Under the pieces are notes generated by a model. The model saw only the letters and a program-made list of their open reading frames with translations. It searched no databases and was not told the DNA's origin. 64,000 nucleotides of DNA from Octopus vulgaris (lineage: Eukaryota), in the NCBI GenBank assembly GCA_951406725.2, contig OX597820.1, forward strand, positions 90,644,001 through 90,708,000. Reading direction: 5' to 3'. Both the position numbers and the translations under genes were made by a program. Below are positions 1 to 14,846 of this stretch, piece after piece; the first letter of the stretch is position 1, and each line of letters opens with the position of its first letter.

Positions 1-652
1 TGATCTTTTTCTATTGGGTAATTTGTGATTATGATCAACATATCTAAAAACCTGATCTTTGATATAAACTTGAAAGGAAGTTTTCCCAGAAATCCTGTCC
101 TTTATCTCTTCTTTCTAGCATGTTCGAGGTGACATTTCCTTCTACTTTTTTCTCCTAAATTCCTTCCAATTCCTATGTTTGCGAAACAGAAGACTACGAT
201 TTAATCCGCAAAATACATTTGCTGTAATTCAATTTTCTCCCTCTCCACACCAAATTCATTTTTATCAGATTTCTATTCTTGGTAAAATACGGAAAAAAAA
301 CAGTACGAATTTTAAAGAATTTTACCCTTCACCTCAAAACCTACACACTCCCAATATTTTACTTTTATCTTTTTAGAAAACGGGTAAGTTTCTTCGGAAA
401 TAATGTCATTTACCTGTTGTTTCTAGCGTGTCTGTTTTCTGGTGGCGGTCTGGTATATTTAAAGTCTACTATTTCAATAGAATTCTACGCATGCGGAAAT
501 ATCACCCAAAAATGAAAGATTGGAAGGTTTCAGCTCTTTGAAAGCTGGTAGGTGGTGGGTGTGCAAGGTGGAGGAAAGGGGATTTTGTGTTTCATTAAAC
601 AATAATATATGTATATATATATATATATATATAATGTATATAATGTATATAA

Positions 653-717
<65 letters not shown>

Positions 718-2364
718 TACAGATATTACAAATCCGTTAAATATGTATATATGTATGTAAGTGCATATATATATATGTGTGTGTGTGTCTGTGTATTTCC
801 CATACTTGTAATCTCTGTATTTTCTACAGAGATTACAAGCAAATTCGAAAAAAGATACATATTAAGAAATTGTAGTGGGTGTAGGTGGAATTTGATATTG
901 AATACGTGATTTCTCGACAAAATCGTATTAACCCCCCTTTTATACTATGAAACAATACATAGGTTCTGAACCTTCTTAAGAACAGAAACCACATTCATGC
1001 AAATTCTACTCTCACCCTTTACTACTAAACAAACAATGACTTCCATTATTCCATTAACTATACGTTACCTGTGCCGATTCTGCACATAAGGAGCAAATAA
1101 TACAATGTGCTTGTAGGTCATGCATTGCAAGTATATTCGTAATAAGGTAAATGTAGATTATGCATATTCAAATTTTATGTTATCTACCGTAATATTATAT
1201 CCTTCCTCTTACTATATATAATGTCCATCAGCAATGTTTGTGACAAACTGTAAGTAATACGTTTAAGCTACTGGGAAAGGAAATTCAGGCATTTCGTAAT
1301 TGTAGCTATTACGTAATACTGTACAAACAAAACAGTGCAAGAATTGAGTATGTTGTTGGCTAGCTTTTACTCCGGTGCAGTCTCGATTTAGGCTGCTATT
1401 TTCGGTTTCGTTTTTCCATTTACTCTGCTAAATACAAGATACAAGAAGAAATATTTAATACATCGATTTTAATCGATTTTGTCATTGATTACGTGTATAA
1501 AATATACTGTAGTCAATTAAGGTGTAGCATCAAAATGTAAATTTATCGACGACTGATATTTAAATGAAAAAGGGAATAAATACACATTTTTAAAAACTGT
1601 GAAGTGCAATATGTCAAGTTTTACACCAACTAGTTTGATCATACATAAGATAGAGTGTGAAGATACGGCTAATTAAACAGTATGCAAATTTTTTACAAAA
1701 TCTAATGACAGGGTAGTGAAAATTAATTCATAATGATTTCTATAGCCATAGATTTGAATTAATATATGCATATCCAAATTATATAGATATTCATATATTC
1801 TGAGACTTATTGGTTTAAATAATTTATGTACATATGCAGTTTTAGAAAATATTTCCTTTGCGCCAGAAATAAACGTACTTGAAATAAAAGCGAATTATTA
1901 CACCTAGAAGTGATTATGACCTACATATAACTCAGACTTCAGACAGTCTACAATCTGACATCAAGACGTTCTACAAATTTGTGATAATTACCAACAACTT
2001 GTTTATATTTCACAAAGAACGTTTATGTGCAAAATAGGTGATGTAACACTCATAGACAGAACACTAGAATATTTGACATTTCAACGATGAGCAAGCATTA
2101 GACTTTTGTTTTCTAGACTCGGTCAGTTAAAGACAAATTTTAACCCAATGATTATATTTACTTCGGATTTTCATGACCTATCTTTCACACAATTCTATCA
2201 CATGGTGTTACATTTCTTGTATATTTGCATTTCTGTTTAGTATACATCCTTTACTCAATAATCTTGGTTACACCTGCTTACATACATACATTCATACATA
2301 CGTACTTACACACAAACACACACATACACATATGCATTTATGTAAATATATATATATATACCTA

Positions 2365-2513
2365 TATATGCTTTCGGTGCTAAAGTTTTTGTTATAAGGT
2401 GGCCTATTTTACAATCCTGTAAATAATGATAATAATGCTTTTACCACCGTGAAATGACTAAGGAAAATAGTCTAGTAACGGGGCAAATAAGCCCTCGACA
2501 GAAAAAAGGCTTT

Positions 2514-2570
<57 letters not shown>

Positions 2571-3034
2571 CCTTTACACCAGCGGAACAGGGTACCTTTT
2601 CCTGTCAAATTTAAGAGCTATAGTAGTTCACGTTTGTTTTTATATGTAAACAATACGATTATTATTATTATTTACAGGATTGTAAAAACGCTGCCATATA
2701 AAAAGCCATTCTCACCTAAAGCATATAGAAAGTTTGTTTACATATAAAAGGCAAACACGAACTATTATAGTTCTTAAATCTGAGAAGCAAAGAGGTCCTG
2801 ATTCGCTGGTGTAAAAGTAACACACTTAGTCGTGTTAGCAAATGAATGTGTATTCGACTCTCACGCGGATAGGTAGGCCTTCTCTTTTTCAGTCGATGGC
2901 TTATATGCCCCTTTATTTAGACTATTTTCATTAGTCATTGCACGGTGATCGCCATACGCTTATATTAAAAAAATATCATTAATATTATTTACAGGATTTT
3001 AAAAACGGCACCGTATAAAAAACCATTTGCATCG

Positions 3035-3040
<6 letters not shown>
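2365..3040. repeat. Nested foldback (long imperfect palindrome) embedded in TA microsatellites
   Basis: 2365-2516 is the reverse complement of ~2871-3040, and 2568-2651 of ~2736-2820. The ~65-bp module ATTATTTACAGGATT..AAAAC.. occurs three times (2365-2426 inverted, 2661-2726, 2980-3040). Confidence 0.75.
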
Positions 3041-3081
<41 letters not shown>

Positions 3082-3082
<1 letters not shown>

Positions 3083-3935
3083 GAGGGGTGTCCAAAAGAA
3101 ACAGGAAATTTGCAATATTATTTGATCGACTCAATTTTACATGTTTATATTTACCGCGTTCAAAGTATTCTTCATTTGAAGCAATGCATCGGTCCAGACA
3201 CGGTTTCCACTTTTCGAAGCAGTGCTGGAACTCTTGCTACTTGGTACTTTTTAACTCCTTCGTTGATTTTTTTCCTCGCTTCTTCAGCATCTGCTAATTC
3301 CATAGCTCTAGCTTTCCTCAGCAGGGATGAGCTTCGACAAAAGATCTGCATCAACTTCCATCTGTTCTTTCAGTTTACGACACGTACTCAATCGTGACTG
3401 CTTTTGAGTTTCCGTGAGCAAGCGATGCACAAATTTTGCTTCATCCGCAATTCCTCGCTCAAAATTCATTGGCAGGAACTCCAGTCATATCAACAAGTCC
3501 GTCAATTGTTCTGTGATCGTTCCCGATATTAGTTCATGAATTTTCATAATGTTTCGTTCGTTCGGGAGGTAACGGTCGCCCTGAACGATATTGGTTTTCA
3601 AGCGACGAGTGATCATACCAAAAGCGTGAAAACCACGCGTAAACTTGTGTTTTCATCATAGCGGCTTCTTGTAAGCTATTTGAAGCATGGCACTTGTTTC
3701 AATCGACCTTTTCCCCCAACGAAAAATCAGAATTTCACGGAAGCACACGCTTCCCTCGTTTCAACCATGGCAAAAATCGAATACCGGAGAGGTGCTGGAA
3801 AACAATGATGGCCCACGTAGCAAACAGTACGACCTCAATGGACCACGCTGGTCGGTGGCTTCACCGGTGGAAGCCTGAACTAATACAGGCTTGTCCCACA
3901 GAGATCATTTCCTGTTACTTTTTGGTACCTCCTCG
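3082..3935 (-). mobile_element. Internally deleted mariner transposon
   Basis: TIRs CGAGGGGTGTCCAAAAGAAACAGGAAAT / ATTTCCTGTTACTTTTTGGTACCTCCTCG within TA repeats. Minus strand encodes an HTH remnant (KTQVYAWFSRF..RSGRP) and a C-terminal remnant (FQHCFEKWK..LDRCIASNEEYFE). The catalytic core is missing. Confidence 0.85.
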
Positions 3936-3967
<32 letters not shown>

Positions 3968-4001
3968 CTGTATCTGTTTCTCTCACTCTCTGCATATATT
4001 T

Positions 4002-4314
4002 GAAGACTCACTTAGGTCAGGAATAACTATGGAAATTAACCGAGAAATTTTACCCCGAACTACAATTCAAGTAAGGTTGTTTTTGTGGAAGACCAGCAGT
4101 CGTCCCTGCGTACCAGTCTTCATTCTCCACGCCGCTGATGTTGTCCAAGACAAAGCCAAGGGCCGGTGCAATTTGGCACCAGTGATAACGCGACTCTTTC
4201 CTACAGCTGGATGAACTGGAGCAATATGAAATAATGTAACTTTCTCAAGAACACAAGAAACAGCCCGATTCGGAACTGGAACTCGCAGCCTATAACGAGT
4301 GAAAACCATGCGCC
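4002..4314 (-). mobile_element. tRNA-derived SINE family B, decayed
   Basis: Homologous to 31970-32309 (GGAAGACCAGCAGTCG, CTACAGCTGG.TGAACTGGAGCAA); tRNA-like head on the minus strand. Confidence 0.75.
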
Positions 4315-4804
4315 ATTTCTATCCTTCTCTCTTCCTTTCTCCCTCACATACACACACCCACAAACGCACATATATATATATATATATATATACAATATAT
4401 ATATACACATATAAACACACTATATACTATATGTCTATATATTACATATTGTACATATATCTTCTCGGCCGAAAACTTGACTGATACAAGCTTGACGTGA
4501 ATATATCATCATAATTGATAGCTCTTATGGAAGAGAATAAAATTGTGTATAATACCAGACGTATGGCGTCGAGAGATTTGAACTTTTGTTTGATCTAATT
4601 AGGGAAGAGAAATCATAACCATATGTGACTTTAGAAATGTTAAGGATAGCGATAAGTGTGTCTCTATTTGGCAAACGAATTTTTGATATCTATGAAGTAT
4701 GTGTTCTTGTTTTAATATACATGCATACATATAAACACATACATATTTACATAGATGCATATATACATACATGTACATATACAGATATATATATACATGC
4801 ATAC

Positions 4805-4839
<35 letters not shown>

Positions 4840-5764
4840 AGTGTGTGTGTGTGTGTGTGTGTATGTGTGTGTGTGTGTGTGTATGGAATTATATGGCTTT
4901 AATAATATTGCAAACAGGATGAGTATAATTACTTAACCAGGAGTTATAGATCATACTGTGAAATGATTTGTTTAGTAATAGACTCGCGTTATTACTAACA
5001 GGCAAAATCTTAACTAAATAAAGTTAGGATTATAATTTGTCGAAAAGAAAAAAATAACTGCATCTGAGTTGAAAACTCTTTATAGCTCTATGAAGACTCC
5101 ATGTTGTTTTCTATAACGTTATATATTTGTGGGTGCGTATGGTATCCTCCTTGCAACATTCCATTCATTTTGAATAATTTCAAACGGAATTTAATCAAAT
5201 AATAACAACATGAATCAATAGAAAAACGTCATATTAGAGCATGAAAGCCATTCCACTTCAACGTCATTCAGATCATTTAATCAGAACTTTCATTTCATCG
5301 AAGAATGAACCTGCCCGAAATGTTATATGCCCCCTTATTGTCTTGGCTCATGAACTTAAATATTTTACGAATATAAATATAAAATTTATATTTTACGAAT
5401 ATAGATTCAATCAAAATATCCTCGGATTCTCGTATCATTATTACTTTTCTTTTTATATATTTACAAAATCTAACAAATGGCGGAATCAGTCAGACACAAG
5501 CATTAAGAATCGAAGTACGAGCACTTATTTGAATTGATTTATTTATAACAAACTAATTTTCTACTTGGTTCCAAGTAACTAGGTAGATGATATATCGTAT
5601 GTATATGTATGGGTTGTAAACCGATTAACTGTATCTCAGTCAGCATAGGCATGCAATCGCGACCTATATCTTAAAATTTCGTAGTGGCCCTATCGGCTAG
5701 AAATATCAGCACAATCTCTCATTGATCATACTATATTGTCTCCCAAAAACGTTGGATACACTCT

Positions 5765-6169
5765 CTCTTTTACTCTTTTTCTCTTTTACTTGTTTCAGTC
5801 ATTTGACTGCGGCCATGCTGGAGCACCGCCTTTAATCGAGCAACACGACCCCGGGACTTATTCTTTGTAAGCCCAGTACTTATTCTATCGGTCTCTTTTG
5901 CTGAACCGCTAAGTGACGGGGACGTAAACACACACCAGCATCGGTTGTCAAGCAATGCTAGGGGGACAAACACAGACACACAAACACACACACACATACA
6001 TATATACGACAGGCTTCTTTCAGTTTCCGTCTACCAAATCCACTCACAAGGCATTGGTCGGTCCGGAGCTATAGCAGAAGACACATGCCCAATATGCCAC
6101 GCAGTGGGACTGAACCGGAACCATGTGGTTGGTTAGCAAGCTACTTACCACACAGCCACTCCTGCGCCT
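5765..6169 (-). mobile_element. tRNA-derived SINE family A, full length and uninterrupted
   Basis: Reverse complement reads GGCGCAGGAGTGGCTGTGTGGTAAGTAGCTTGCTAACCAACCACATGGTTCCGGTTCAGTCCC (A and B boxes), then CORE-like TTGGGCATGTGTCTT, an internal (TG)n and an A-rich tail. Near-identical to 32910-33330. Confidence 0.9.
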
Positions 6170-7566
6170 TTATACTTTGAATAGATATCTACACACTATA
6201 CTTCAGTTCTAGATATGAGCTAATTTTTCCGACTACTACATTCTTGGTATCGATGGGACAATGTTTAGGTTGTGTCTATTTACAAGTGGCAAATCTGTAG
6301 AAAATTCAGTAGAAATAGTAGCTCAAGCGTGATGCAGTAGAAACAGTGACGAGTGGTGGCATTTATTCCTTGTTATTACAGATATGAAATAAAAAGTTGA
6401 AAGTCTGCACTAGACAAAAGATTTTGAGAAATAGTAGGGAATGTATACATGAGGTCTGTTAGCGTTAAGAGGTACAGATCAAGAGATAGATAGGAAAGTG
6501 CACAGAAAACTATGTGCAACCAAACGCATAAATGTATTCTGGGTGATGAGAGAAAGGAATCGAAGCAGGAGATAGATGACACAAGGACAGGGCATTTTGA
6601 AATATGTATTGTAGAAAATTAGAATATGGTGAGTAACAGAATTAAAACAAATTGGAAAACACACAAGAAATACTAATTTGAATCAAAAAGATTTGACACA
6701 GAAGACTTTTGGTAAAATTATGCGTGTAGAAAATTGTATAAAATTACAAGACAAATGGCTGGGGCAAGAGGCTCAGAAACTGTACTCGAAGTGACAAAAA
6801 TGATTAAGTACCCTTATGATACAAGCGGTATTAATAACGAAAGGCAAACTATTCACCACTTAAAAGTAGACAGAGAAAAGAGAAATACTGCAATATTTAT
6901 CAAGAGAGAAACTCTCATATGGGTTTTTGGGCATAAATACATATCAGTAATAGACACCTCGCTATCCCACTCTCTATATTTTTTAATGGGATCACTGGCT
7001 TTTTGCGACAACGAAGCTTGCTTGGAATCTGTTTTTTCTAGTCATATCGTCAGCGCAGCGCATACTGCTATTTCAGCAGCAGCGAGGTGTCTTCGATTTA
7101 CAATGCCAGAAGAGGCCGAAATCACATGATCTGGTAGTCCTCGCGGTGTAAGCAGTAGTGCACAAGCATCCGAATACAAAAGCATACGAACATCACATAC
7201 ACCCTGAATATAATAATGTAATCAAATTTACCTTTCAAAATGACAGTTTACTCAAGAACCAAATCCAAGGAATATACTCAAAAAATGTCATCCAAGAGTT
7301 ACGCCCAATTATTTATTATTTTCTTTACGAAAATAACTGCGACTTCAACGAAACTGTGTTTTATGTAGAGTGGAAACGAACACCATTCCTCCATAATCGT
7401 CATGGTAAGTTATTACAATAGCAAGCAATTTTTCTACTTTCGCTATATGAAACTGATGGTAGCCTTAATACGCAAATAATGAAATTCTATCCATCAATGC
7501 GATGTCTGTGCGCATTCATCTTCATCGTTCTACATATACGTATATATATATATATATGTGTGTGTG

Positions 7567-7616
<50 letters not shown>

Positions 7617-8149
7617 TAAACATAAACTTACATATACATATGTGTGTGTATGTAAGTGTATACACATGTGATTATATACGTTTCACATAGCTATTTGATT
7701 TTATCAACAATAATACCTGTCAGCATACGGTTCCTTTTCTTTTTAACTTATTTTTGATAGATTTTAATCTACACAGGAAACAAATTTTCAGTGAACTTGA
7801 ACCACAAAAGAAAATTCTAAGAAGTTACTTCATATTTACATATAGTGAAAAACGTATTTAGAACATTAGTACTGACCAACATAAAGGGGTTAGTGGAGAG
7901 AGAAAGACGAAAATGGTGGAAGAGAAAAGCTGTTTCGATGATAATGATATATACTAAGTTGTAAAAGACAAGATTATTGATCGTAAAAGTGAATAATGAC
8001 GACCGAATGTCAGAGCACTAGATCAATGAACATGTATAAAACAAAGCCCTAAGTTCGAAAGTTCAACTAAAGAATAGAAGAAGAACGAATCCAATATTAA
8101 TCTGCTCTTATCTTAGTTTCAAATAGTTGTATAGGAGCTGTTGCAGTAA

Positions 8150-8850
8150 CAGGCTGCAGTTTTGCGACGAATCTTCCGACGCTTCATGAAAAGTAGATTT
8201 AGCAATTTATACATTTTTGTAGACAAAACTTGTTCTTGCACAATGTTGTTATTTTAGTTTCAAGATACTGTCTCAATTCAGTCACTTCCTAGATAAGTAG
8301 TATTGTAAAAATATTAATACGTTGTGTATAGACAATTTTTACTGACTAGAACGTTTGATGATATTTTATCATTGGCTATAGTTGGTATTGTGAAACTTAG
8401 GTAAAACAGCACATATGCGGCCAGTTACGTTGCCTTGTAATTCAAGATTATTACAGAAAATTTATCTTAGATATTCCTCGAGTCATTTTCAGTTGAATTC
8501 GGTGACCATAACATAACATTTGGTGGCTTCCTCTCTGGTCTTGGTAAAACTTCATCCACATCAAGCTTTCACTAATTTTCATTCTGGTATTAAATACATA
8601 ACTGTAAAACCTTGTAGTTTCAGCCATGCGATACTATATTTACTGGATTAGAAGGGATTATATGATCCTTGGGACGTTATTGAGTTGCTATTCCATCTGG
8701 CAAACACAATATGTCGTTAACAAAGATAGAGTTTGTATGTGACTACTCTGAAACTATAAATATATTCATGACTAAATCATACCTCCTCTTCAGCTTAGAT
8801 TACTCAATGCACAAATTAACCTTTCCTCAAGACATTCAATTGTATTAACT
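8150..8850 (-). mobile_element. Very decayed LINE reverse transcriptase remnant
   Basis: Minus-strand GTCCCAAGGATC (PQGS-type RT motif) near 8665; the rest is heavily degenerate and the boundaries are approximate. Confidence 0.3.
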
Positions 8851-9078
8851 TCTGCAGTAATTTTTTTTTTACGCTGCATTTCAATGACTGCTTTGAAGAT
8901 ATACAAACAATAGTTTCAGTTCAAACGTCTTAATTTCGGTGTTAGTAAAAGGCGCTGTGCACTTTTAATGAAATAGAGTGAAAAGAATATGGAGGTCACG
9001 TCCTTTTATTTACATGTTATCATGTGTTGAAAAATCGGAAAGAGGCACAACTGATATCTATCTATATTTTACAACTAG

Positions 9079-9293
9079 GCGGGGTGCTGAAAAGGTCCTG
9101 GCACTGGGTAAAAGAAAAACAGGAAGATCAGTTAAGTCCGATCTTATTCAACATATCCCTGTCTCAGATTTACACATGCATTGCAGCGTTCCTTCAGTGT
9201 TTTTAAGACCTGTAAAAGAACTGGGAAGGTTGGGCCTCCAACAAGGCCATTTGCGATACCCTGAAAGTCAAAACCTTTTCCGCATCCCCTCTT
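9079..9293. mobile_element. Mariner-derived MITE
   Basis: Ends G.GGGGTGCTGAAAAGGT.. / ..ACCTTTTCCGCATCCCCTC; interior homologous, in opposite orientation, to 32676-32841. Confidence 0.65.
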
Positions 9294-9699
9294 AATTTGA
9301 ATATCTGACATAACTCTAAATAACTTTAAATGTAAATTTTTAACTGAATCTCTATGTATTCATGTTTATCAAAATAGGCTTAAGATATTACATCTGTTAC
9401 TCCCACATTTAATTACACTTAAAAGAAATCCATGCTTATTTATATTTTTTCTTTATCCTGCTTTACGTGTCTACCTTCTTATCATTCCCATTGAGTTCCT
9501 CTTTCAGTGAAAAGATAACCCGTTTTTTACACTTCCACCCTCAGATTCGGGTATTGCGATCATCAGTAACATTAAAATAACACAGGCATTACGAAATTTG
9601 TAGCGGCACATATAAAAACTTGTCCTGATTCCATACAAAATGAGTGTCTATGTGGCCAACATTAGATTTGCCCTCTCTGAAAATAGTAGAACTCTTACC

Positions 9700-10250
9700 T
9701 ACTCTTTCAATAAAGACAAAAATGTTTACCGAAAAATAGAATGATGTGAGAGAGAAATAGCTTTTTGTGATATTTGAGATCGTTAGGTGTGATAGCACTT
9801 TCTCGTAGGCAGAGAATTTATCTTAGTAACTGATGATAAATCCATTGTGAAAATATGCTGGCATAGGTAACTCGTGCTCCTTTGATATGGAATCTTGCCT
9901 TGTCCTGGATCCCTTAATACTGCCGAAAATGCAAAATCCTATGACTTTTGTTGCACTGAGTAACATTTTGGAGTTTCACCAATCCTTGCTTCACAAGATT
10001 TATGCATGTTGTTTGAACTCAAACGTGAACGACAGAAAATGAGTTGTTCCTATGTGCTTAAAGTATTAAAGATTATATTCATAATACGTCCAGAACCACG
10101 TCAATTCATTAGATGTATGCAACACCTTGATCCCTGAAATATTGACGTCAAGGGTCCGTCAGCTCCAGCGTCTAGTAATAGAAAGCCCATCAATTGTTGC
10201 CAACGTATAATTCCATTTACTCTCATCGCGATATTTCTTTATCGATTCAT
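9700..10250 (-). mobile_element. Decayed CR1/Jockey-like RT remnant
   Basis: Minus-strand fragments resembling the pre-RT helix (..PLTSIFQGS) and a QHxF motif; many frameshifts. Confidence 0.3.
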
Positions 10251-13200
10251 ATTTTTTGATTGACTATATTATTTTCTAATTACTTTACTAAAGTCGTGCA
10301 ACAAACGTCATGCATCTTGAACCGAAATCTTATTCCTATTATAGAGGTGTCTCAAACAGCCATTTGACTTAATACCATCATAACAATGGAGGTAGTGTGT
10401 GTGATAATTTAGTATCGTTTGAAGACAATGACGTAATCTCACTGTAAAAAAAGTACCGATACACAGATTAATTTTTTTTACCTAACACCTTCCACACATC
10501 GCAATATCTGAAGATATTTAAATACAAACTCAACAACTCACCTTTCTTGTAAAAGGTAGCTATAGAAATCAGCTTGCCGAACCTATTTTTTTCTTGCCTG
10601 GAAATGCATTGTGGAGGAGATACAGTTGTAATAAAGATGAATATAGTCAAAGAAGTAGAATTATTGCAAATAAGGATAATAAAAAGCTTGTGTGCGCTGA
10701 TAAAAAGATGAATATGGTATCGATAAACAGACTCTGAAACATGGTAAATAAAAGCAATAAAACTGATGGAAACTAGGAAAGAGCAAATGAAGTGAAGATG
10801 GAAACATGATCTTCGCTGAGAGATTGAAGATTGAAAAGAGGAAATTGAACCTGTAACATAGTTGCCGAGAGCAATCCATTAACATTAATGCTGTTAAAAT
10901 AGCTTGAATGTAGTTATAGATTGTCTTACACTGCCATTTAGTGTCTACTGTGGATTACGAATAACAATGAAAAAATATTGCATATAGAGTACGATTCCAA
11001 AGAGAAAATAATGTAATATAAAAGAAAATGGTGTTTCAGGGATAATATGAGGAATGAAAGGAAGCATGAAAGAATACTAGAAGTGGTAACACAAAAGATT
11101 CTTCACGAGATACTGGAAGCCTGTTTGTAACTGTCTAGCACTTGCTTCTAACTCAGATTCTCTTAGGAAACACATCTAGGAAGTTTTAAAATGTGTCAGA
11201 ATTCCTTATCTGATAAATTGCATCCAATTCCTTCTCCGCGAGGACTGTACAAAGCAATATGACAAATCTAGTCTTCAATATTGAACGCATAGATTTCTAG
11301 CTGTGCCTAAATCACTTTCTAAATATTCTGAAAATACAGCGGGCAGGTTATTATAAGCTTTTAAAAACCTAAGCGTAGAATATGAAATACAAAGAACGGA
11401 GCGACTGTTAACTATCAAAGATTTCATAATCAATATCCATGTACTTGAATGGCACAATATTATCATAAGTCAATTAAAAAACATGACAGCTACTCGAAAT
11501 TCAGATTAGCAGTTTAAGAACATAGAGAGCAAAGATCTCACAGATTTTTTCCTTTGTATAAAATGCCAACATAAAAATCAGCACAATGCAGACATCTGCA
11601 TAGGTATAACAAACAATATCGAGCAGAAAATATTCGTTATGACTGAACATGTCTTTGTTGAAAGATATAAACTTTATTGACATTTTCTATTAATCAATAT
11701 AGTGAACATATAGGCATGTTTAAAAACAATAAGTTTTATTTTAATAATCATTACTGTTACTTTAAACAATGAAAGAAAACTATTTAACGTAACTATCGGG
11801 CGTTACATATCTACGAACATAAATATCCGAAGCATTCCGATAAGTGATTTCTAATGAGGTATAAAATGACAAAAGTACATTGTAAACTAATAATGCTTAT
11901 ATAAATAAAATAACGTTCCAGATGACTTTCTACGATTTGATTCGCTATTTCAATTTCACACTACTTATGTACAAGTCTTTAATATTTTAAAAATATTTCA
12001 ATTAACATTTTTCCCGATTGATAAATAATGCGACGAAGGATAACTATTGCGAAAAACATCACGAGGAAATTTCAACCTCAATTTCTCTATTTTTTCCTGT
12101 TTTGTCACAATAACACTCGACATAATGGATGACCATATCCATAAATGAGTTTTGGCCCTAGGAAGTTCAATTATTAGAGGAAAAATGTAAAAATTGCTTG
12201 TCGGTCACCCAAACATCGAAACGAAGAATCGAAGGAATATTTAAATATAAGTAACAAATATTGGATTTTAACAAGAATATTTTATATCCAGTTAGCATTT
12301 TGTGGATGAATAATCTGTTACAATATGTTGTCCGTTTTTAAAGTAAACATCGGTTGACTTTATACTATTTATGCTATTTATACTATTTCATATACTTTAT
12401 ACTATGTTATTTAAAAGTTAGTTTACTTTGGTACTTCTACATTCTCTTATATTTTAAAAGCATTCAAGTATGTACAGGCGGCTAAAAGGCATGTTACTCT
12501 AAACATTTGATAGCATAACTTAATGCAAAATAGTCGCAAAATGGCTGCCTGACGCGTACCAGTTTCGAAATTTGCACTCCATTTTAATCAATAGGTATCC
12601 AAACTTGCATTCCGCTACAAGTTGATCTTATAGAAGTTGGTGAAGGCTTATTCCTGAACGATTTCCAAAGGGACACATTATACATATTTAGCCACCTTGG
12701 ATACCAGCTACCTTTTCAAGGGACTAGGTTGGCAGCTGAATGCATCATACTCGCAAAAGTATGCATTACTGACATTTGCTTGTCAGTAATGACCGGACGC
12801 CGAACGAGTGCTTCAAGAGCGGTTTCGTGGCACTCCATACCTGTTAGAATGACCAAATTGATAACGTGTATTCCTACACGGTAATACCTTTGGAAGTACT
12901 GCTAGGATAGAGATTTCTGGAAGTTGTTCAAAGTCTCCTACAGAAAATACTCTGGAATGACACACTTTGTTGTATTTCATCAAATGACATCCACAGAACA
13001 TTGCCAGTTGCGCTCCCGTGCAAAACCTCGTTAAAATGCTGGCGTTGAAGTTGCCTTTGAGTGCAATACGCAACTTCTAGAAAATTCTGAGAGCTGGACT
13101 ACGATCATGGACAGTAGTACAATCACAAACAACACCCGTGATTTCCATCGAGTTTCAATCTCTGCAGATACAACTACTTTGTGTACGCCTATGTCTCAAG

Positions 13201-14846
13201 ATCAGTACATCAAAAGCTAAAAAGTATAACAATGAGAAGGAAAATATTCGACAGACTGAGTTGATCGCATGATACAGAATGATGCCCATTTACTACAATC
13301 ACCTGACATATGCTACTATAGAATGCATCACTCCATCTCAAAACACCGGATCGGAACTGGCTCTCCTCCATATAATCAACTTATACCCATAATCTTCCCT
13401 GTTGGACGCTTTAGAAAGAACTCAGTTTTACATGGCTCCACAAAAGCTGGATCTAAATTGAAAATTCCTTAAGATGAATGATGAATCACATTTTGCAATG
13501 GTTGTCAGAACAACTTACTGTACTAAAATCTTTGAAACATGCCTTAACTCGACCAACGCAGCCATTTTTCAGTGCAGAGTAATGAATTAATCGCAATCCT
13601 TTCGCTACCAGTTTGATTGCTCGATAATTTGCAACACTAGTTTCATCGCTACCTATTTGAGCAGTAATATCTCCTTCAGTCTAATGGTTTCTCTAGCAAA
13701 ACCTTGCTGTAATGTATCAATTCTATTTTATTCTCCTTTTTTTGTCACCCACCTATTGCTTTTAAATTCCTCCATGATTTTCCGTTCAATTGCTTCACTA
13801 ATCCAGTTCCTGTAGGTTTTACGCGCCGTACCTAGAACTTCAGTGTGAAATAATTTTTTCATGGGATTTTTCGAGTGCATTAAACCTATCTGATCCCCAA
13901 ACCTGTCGCAAGTCACTTTTTTCCACAAAAAAGAAGAGTGAAGGGAGAGGAAGACTTCGAGTTTTCCGGGAAACTCGGAAGGGCCCACCAAACATGAGGT
14001 ACCCACCCACAAGTTTTACACCCAACCCAGTTACTACCATGAAACTCTGGAAAATGATCTATATATTTTTAAAATAAGTTTACTATAAGTATCAACAAGT
14101 ATTTTCGAAAAAATGATGACAGTTATTATTTTATCTTCATTTTTTTTTAAATTTTCACCTATTATTTACTTATTTGGGGTGTCTAATTAATTTCCACGTG
14201 TATTATATCCGGCTAAGAATGAATTTTCAGAACTATTTAACTGTAATAAATCCATTTATTATTTTTATTACTATCATTATTCAATGAATTATTTAAATAT
14301 TGTGATCTTGCTTTAAAATTCTTCTTGAATTATTTATTTTCCATTATCTTTTCTTACTGCAATTATAATCATGAAATTCATGAATAGGAAAAATTTGATA
14401 GAGAAATGGTTATAAAGCACCTTACTTATTGTGAACATACTCTGCGTTAACTTCTTGGATCTCCCTATCATATACATTAATTTGTGTCTCAAATATCTGT
14501 TGTCACTCAACTAATTTCCTAGATTCTTTTAAATAGTTTAATGTGATTCCATCTCTAACCATATTTATCGAGCTGCTACTTAGGCTAGGCAGGTGCACAT
14601 TTACAATGGTGAAGCAGCTGATTTAGGAGCTGATGTAGGAGAAATTACTGTGAAGGTTTCATATAACAATTGATCTTTTAATCAGAAACTCTTTATTGTT
14701 TCAAGAATGTACTATTATTTTTTAAATAAAGCAAAAAAAAAACACACTTGTACCTCAATTGTTTTTGTCAATAGTGGCTGTTGGCATTATTCGTTTTTTT
14801 TTTTTTTGCGTTACTTTATTTTCAGTGCTTGAGTTCACCTACAATC

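Noticed and set aside
12763-12790. 11-bp inverted repeat CATTACTGACA / TGTCAGTAATG
   Set aside because: It is short and isolated, in probable old LINE debris; no function can be supported.
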